Origin: Promethearchaeota archaeon
GTDB lineage: Archaea; Asgardarchaeota; Lokiarchaeia; Sigyniarchaeales; SOKP01
Assembly (NCBI GenBank): GCA_019058295.1
Contig: JAHPZI010000028.1
Span: forward strand, 32,001 to 96,000
DNA length: 64,000 nucleotides
Direction of reading: 5' to 3'
Each line of letters opens with the position of its first letter. Within the stretch, counting starts at the first letter, position 1. A model generated the notes under the pieces. The model saw nothing but the letters and a program-made list of their open reading frames with translations, had not been told where the DNA came from and ran no database searches. Shown piece by piece: positions 59,487 through 64,000 of the stretch. A program made the position numbers and the translations under genes.

Positions 59487-59800
59487 TAAGAATTTCAGAG
59501 GATATTAGTTGAAACTAAGATAAGAAAATATAATAAAAAAAATAAGAAAATTGAATTAGCAACAATTATCTTATATATTTTGTTAATCATTCTCAATATT
59601 CTAATCTTTGGTCCTAAGAGAAGTCTTGTTGTTTATGTTTTAAAAATTTTAAAAATAGAAAGAAAAATATTTTACTTTTTAGTAAATTATTTTAAATCTT
59701 AATTATTATATTTATGTTGTTGAATTATTAGTTCAACGATTCTAAAAAATTAAATCAAAAACATATCTAAATAAAAATTTTAAGCAAAATATCCAAAAAG

Positions 59801-62800
59801 ATGAATTTTATGAACAAGAAAATTATGATTTTGGGGGCAATAGTTATATTTTTAGCTCTTTTAAGCATTTTTAGCAACATTGACTTATTTTATTCTGATA
59901 CTATAAATAATAATAATAAAAATGTCAACTATGATTTCGAAAATGGTTCAGAAACAAAAGAATTTGAAGAGATTATTGATCCAAAGAGTTCTTCTTTATC
60001 TCAGTATACTACATTAACAACATATAGTGTTAATCCTGTTGATTCTGTGGCAATTTCATCAGATGGTAACTATATCGCTGTTGGATCTAATCCAAGCGGT
60101 AAAGTGTATCTCTTTAATAAAACTAGCACAAAAAGTATCTGGGAATATACTATAAGTGGTGATGGAGTAAGATCTATTGCGATTTCTGATAATGGATCTT
60201 ACATTGTTGCAGGGACTGAATTTGGAGATATTTATTTGTTTAATAAAACAAGCAATATAACAACGTGGAAATATTCCGGACCTGGTTGCATATATCGCGT
60301 ATCTATGTCTTCTGATGGTTTCTATTTTGCAACGAGTAATCTCAATAATCGTGTCTACATGTTTAATAGAACGAGTAAAGTACCAATGTGGACGTATGAT
60401 ACTGGCAGTGATGTCTATTCTGTAGCAATTTCGGCTGATGGAAAATATTTAGCTGCGGGGACTCAATCTACTGGAACTTATTTATTTAATACAACTAATA
60501 TAGATAATCCTTTTATTCGTAATTTTAATTCAGGGCCAACGATAATGTCTGTTGCTATATCTTCAGATGGTAGTTATATTATTACAGCAGTAATGAGTGG
60601 TTCAGTAAGATTATTTCATAAATCCAGTTCTTCTTATTTATGGGCACATGGGGGTTCAGATTGCTGGTCTGTGGATATATCTGCAGATGGAAATTATATG
60701 GTAGCAGCAAGAATGGGAGGTCAGACCTGTTTATATGATAGATCAGGTCTTATTTGGAGTAATGACATTATTGGAAATGGATGGAGAGCTACAATATCTG
60801 AAGATGGGAATTATATTGCTATCGGAACTATCACCCTAAATAAGGTTTATTACTATCATAGAGCGATTTCAGAGCCATATTGGAATTGTTCAATGTCGGG
60901 TGAAGTAAGGGGGGTAGATTTATCTGCTGATGGAAAATATTTAGCGGCGGGAAGTCAAGGCGGTATGTATAGATTGTTTTCTAGTGTGAATCCTAAAAAT
61001 TTTACATTATCAACAGATGCTGATGCTTTAGATATAGATGGATCTTTTAACCTGAATTGGACAGAATCTAATGGAGCAGATAATTATACAATTTATGAGT
61101 CAGATGCTTATATAACTGATCTTGGAGCTGGCGTTACAAAATTAGCTACTGATATTGTAGACTTAGGTTACAAGGTATCTAATAAATTAACAGGGGATTA
61201 TTATTACCTTATAAGATCTTACAATGAGACTGGAACTTGCTTTACTAACTGCATTCATATTAAAGTATTATTACCCCCAGGGTCCTTTAATTTAAATACT
61301 GATGCTGATCCGATTGATACTGATGGGTCTTTCGATTTGACATGGTCAACTTCCACCGACGCGGATAATTATTCTGTATATGTTTCGAATACTACTATTA
61401 GCCAAATCGACGAAGATTGTATTGAAATAGTTAGTGGTCTCGTTGCTCAATATAGTTATTCAATCTCAGGATTAGGGAGCGGAGATTATTATTACGCTGT
61501 GGTTGCATTTAATCTTGTAGGGAACGAGACTTCGAATTGCGTTCTAGTGAAAGTTAAGATTCCGCCTCAACCATTTTCAATTGATACAGATGCGGATGAT
61601 CCTGATATTGATGGTTCGTTTAATATAACATGGTCTGAATCTATTGGAGCAGATAATTATTCTGTATACATTTCAAGTAGTTTTATTACTGAAATTGATA
61701 ATGATTGCACTGAGCTACAAAACGGCATAGAAATTTTAAATTATACTGTTAAGGGATTAACTAGCGGATATCACTATTTTGTTGTTGTTGCTTTTAATGA
61801 AACAGGAAATGCAACTTCAGATAATTGTATCACAGTTCACGTGCAAATACCACCGGGACCATTTAATCTCGGTAGTGATGCGGGAAATCCAGATTATACA
61901 GGTAAATTTAATTTAACATGGTCAAAATCGAATGGAGCAGCAAATTATTCTGTATATACATGTAATAGCACAATTTATTCAACAGTGCAACCATATATTA
62001 TTCTATTACAAGAGGGGATTACAATACTTAATTATTCAATATCAACATGGACAGGAATTCATTATTATATCGTTGTTGCATATAATGACACAGGATTTAC
62101 TCTTTCAAATTGTATTTCTGTTGACGTGCGAATTCCACCCAATCCGCTTCAATTAACTTCTACTGCTGATCCAATTGATAAAGATGGGTCATTCTTATTG
62201 AGCTGGAATAATTCCTTAGGGGCTGATAATTACTCGGTATTCATTTCAAACAGTTTTATTACGCAAATTGATGGATCTTGTACAGAAGAAGCAAGTGATC
62301 TTGAGGTCTTAACTTTTCCTATTAATGACAAAGAAAGCGGTAATTATTATTATGTTATAGTAGCATACAATCTTTATGGGAACGAAATTTCAAATTGTAT
62401 TAATATTATTGTTGAAAGAATCCCTTTACCGTTTACAATGAGTTCTGAAGCGGACGATCCCGATTATTCGGGAGCCTTTTACTTGAATTGGACAGAATCT
62501 CTTTACGCGCGAAACTATTCAATTTATCATTACAATTCAACTATAACAGAAATTAATGATACTATAACGATGATAGCTGAAGGGTTAACAAATTTATCAT
62601 ATTGGATTTCAGGATTAGAAAGTGGAAATCATTATTTCATTGCCGTTGCATATAGTATGTATGATAATGTGACTTCAAATTGCATAGAAATAACTGTCAT
62701 CATAAAAAAAGACGTGTACAGTCTTCCTCCTGCCAGTGGCGGTGGAGATGATGGAGGTGGAGGTGGAGAGGATGAAGCTATCCCATTTGGTCATTTCTAC

Positions 62801-62875
62801 TTGTTATTTGCACTCTTTAGTGTGATTATGTTATTAATTATTATGAGAAGAAGGTTATTTCTTAAAAAAAAATAA
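59801..62875 (+). CDS. Surface protein: 8-blade WD40/PQQ-like propeller, six FN3-like repeats, Loki-CTERM-like anchor
   Basis: Eight SVAIS.DG.Y-type repeats; six P..F.L..DA...D.DG.F.L.W..S.GA.NY...SNC repeats; Gly-rich linker, IPFG..., TM and basic tail. Confidence 0.88.
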   Translation: MNFMNKKIMILGAIVIFLALLSIFSNIDLFYSDTINNNNKNVNYDFENGSETKEFEEIIDPKSSSLSQYTTLTTYSVNPVDSVAISSDGNYIAVGSNPSGKVYLFNKTSTKSIWEYTISGDGVRSIAISDNGSYIVAGTEFGDIYLFNKTSNITTWKYSGPGCIYRVSMSSDGFYFATSNLNNRVYMFNRTSKVPMWTYDTGSDVYSVAISADGKYLAAGTQSTGTYLFNTTNIDNPFIRNFNSGPTIMSVAISSDGSYIITAVMSGSVRLFHKSSSSYLWAHGGSDCWSVDISADGNYMVAARMGGQTCLYDRSGLIWSNDIIGNGWRATISEDGNYIAIGTITLNKVYYYHRAISEPYWNCSMSGEVRGVDLSADGKYLAAGSQGGMYRLFSSVNPKNFTLSTDADALDIDGSFNLNWTESNGADNYTIYESDAYITDLGAGVTKLATDIVDLGYKVSNKLTGDYYYLIRSYNETGTCFTNCIHIKVLLPPGSFNLNTDADPIDTDGSFDLTWSTSTDADNYSVYVSNTTISQIDEDCIEIVSGLVAQYSYSISGLGSGDYYYAVVAFNLVGNETSNCVLVKVKIPPQPFSIDTDADDPDIDGSFNITWSESIGADNYSVYISSSFITEIDNDCTELQNGIEILNYTVKGLTSGYHYFVVVAFNETGNATSDNCITVHVQIPPGPFNLGSDAGNPDYTGKFNLTWSKSNGAANYSVYTCNSTIYSTVQPYIILLQEGITILNYSISTWTGIHYYIVVAYNDTGFTLSNCISVDVRIPPNPLQLTSTADPIDKDGSFLLSWNNSLGADNYSVFISNSFITQIDGSCTEEASDLEVLTFPINDKESGNYYYVIVAYNLYGNEISNCINIIVERIPLPFTMSSEADDPDYSGAFYLNWTESLYARNYSIYHYNSTITEINDTITMIAEGLTNLSYWISGLESGNHYFIAVAYSMYDNVTSNCIEITVIIKKDVYSLPPASGGGDDGGGGGEDEAIPFGHFYLLFALFSVIMLLIIMRRRLFLKKK

Positions 62876-62880
62876 TAAAA

Positions 62881-62893
62881 TTTTTTTTTTTTT
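62881..62893 (+). terminator. Oligo-T terminator candidate
   Basis: T13 run shortly after the stop at 62875. Confidence 0.5.
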
Positions 62894-63018
62894 AAAGTAG
62901 ATAAAAGAAATAGGTACAGAAGTTATCCTAATAAAAATCATTTTTATTTGAATATTAGTAATAGAATAGAAGAATTATTAAAAAACTCTTGAATTAATTC
63001 ATTTCAAAAATTTCTCTA

Positions 63019-63999
63019 TTATGAAATACATTCGTTTATTAAATCTTGAATAGATGTCTCTGGATCATTCATCAATGTAAATAGTTGATTTGAATCTTTT
63101 TTAAAAGCCAATTCATATCGTTTTTGAACCCATTTCTTTCTAATTTCTATATCAATTCCTGCTCCCCCTGTTAGAATTGGGATCTCGCAGAGTGCTGATT
63201 TTCCATTCTTTAGAGTTATTTTCGATCTTGCTGATTGAAGCATCGGATATTCAGGTAAATTTACTTCATTTAAATTGAGTGGGTTTTTATCCTTTTTAAT
63301 GTATTTCTTAATCATAGTCCTTCCAGCAGCACTCCTTAAGAACTTTATTCCTGTTTTTAAACTATTTTTAAACGTTCTTTTTGACGCTCTCACTGCCTTA
63401 AGGTGAGTTCTCAAACGTTTCATCTCATAAGATTTCATTCTTTTAAAAATAGTTACGACTTGTGGAAATGTTAGAAATGTTTTAGCAGTCATATCGATAT
63501 CATGACGAACTTCAATTTTTTCAACTAAATCTCTAATTGCATTCTCATTTTTATCGATTTCATCTTGCTTATAATAATTTGGGAGGAGATCTCCTTTAAT
63601 CAACGCGTAAGCAACAGAATACCGCACCGAGAAATTAATCTTTATGGGATCTAAATTATTATAGTCTTGTTTCATCGCAATTTGTTCAACAGAGTTAGAT
63701 AGGGTGGTTGTATCTATAATAACACTTTTGATATTAGCCACATCTTCTATGGATTTTAACCCTAGCTTTTTCATTGCTCCTAGCGCAGAATCTACGGGGC
63801 CTCCTATATAGGAGGTTCCAGGATATCTCTTATAACTTAAAGTATCAGATAACCAAGCTTCCCCGAGATTTCCCATAAACTCTTTAATTGGATGAAAGGC
63901 AAAAAAATGTAGGAAGCCCATATCACCCTCTATAATATTTAATGGTCCTTCCAGCCCATTCTCAGCGTATAATGCTGCTTGTATCCCTGTCCTTAGTGG
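63019..63999 (-). CDS. MmgE/PrpD family protein (5' end beyond window edge)
   Basis: Frame open to the edge: GIQAALYAENGLEGPLNIIEGDMGF, SYKRYPG, NFSVRYSVAYAL. Confidence 0.85.
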   Translation of the reverse strand, partial: PLRTGIQAALYAENGLEGPLNIIEGDMGFLHFFAFHPIKEFMGNLGEAWLSDTLSYKRYPGTSYIGGPVDSALGAMKKLGLKSIEDVANIKSVIIDTTTLSNSVEQIAMKQDYNNLDPIKINFSVRYSVAYALIKGDLLPNYYKQDEIDKNENAIRDLVEKIEVRHDIDMTAKTFLTFPQVVTIFKRMKSYEMKRLRTHLKAVRASKRTFKNSLKTGIKFLRSAAGRTMIKKYIKKDKNPLNLNEVNLPEYPMLQSARSKITLKNGKSALCEIPILTGGAGIDIEIRKKWVQKRYELAFKKDSNQLFTLMNDPETSIQDLINECIS

Positions 64000-64000
64000 A

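Noticed and set aside
59495-59590. 31-aa hydrophobic minus-strand ORF MINKIYKIIVANSIFLFFLLYFLILVSTNIL
   Set aside because: Hydrophobicity is explained by T-rich sequence, and there is no independent support.
469-62156. Many short antisense or alternate-frame ORFs in the track (e.g. 469-780, 4190-4507, 8219-8515, 25232-25609, 47609-47950)
   Set aside because: They lie wholly inside well-supported genes and have no motifs; they are shadow ORFs.
1-64000. CRISPR array, DGR, IS elements, rRNA
   Set aside because: I saw no regularly spaced repeats, reverse transcriptase, transposase or long GC-rich RNA region. Differences between the tandem paralogs are not adenine-specific.

Overview
Low-GC, gene-dense archaeal chromosome segment. 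The gene content points to an Asgard archaeon, most likely Lokiarchaeia/Promethearchaeota: an Arf-like small GTPase next to a uDENN/longin-like protein, membrane proteins with cytoplasmic longin-like tails, large surface proteins with a Loki-CTERM-like anchor, Nre, PAC2 and an intron-containing tRNA. About 52 CDS and one tRNA are supported. I saw no rRNA, CRISPR array or recognisable transposase/integrase. Main observations: (1) A MoxR AAA+ ATPase ends on a G_GAT_TTT_TAG slippery site. The -1 frame opens only there and runs, with no start codon for 54 codons, into a vWA domain. This is a candidate programmed -1 ribosomal frameshift giving a short AAA protein and a long AAA-vWA protein. (2) An ECF transporter is clustered with membrane-anchored molybdopterin-binding-fold proteins that lack the metal-ligating Cys and with a DOMON/heme-type protein. 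It converges on DUF364 and a tungsten aldehyde:ferredoxin oxidoreductase, making it a candidate pterin-cofactor (Moco/Wco) scavenging system. (3) A tandem pair of receptor-like proteins has diverged ectodomains, near-identical cytoplasmic tails and an exactly duplicated fragment of the downstream gene. (4) tRNA-Ala(GGC) carries a 30-nt intron in the T-loop. (5) Start codons appear to include ATA and possibly ATT, with very frequent TTG. All family assignments come from reading motifs by eye; no searches were run.
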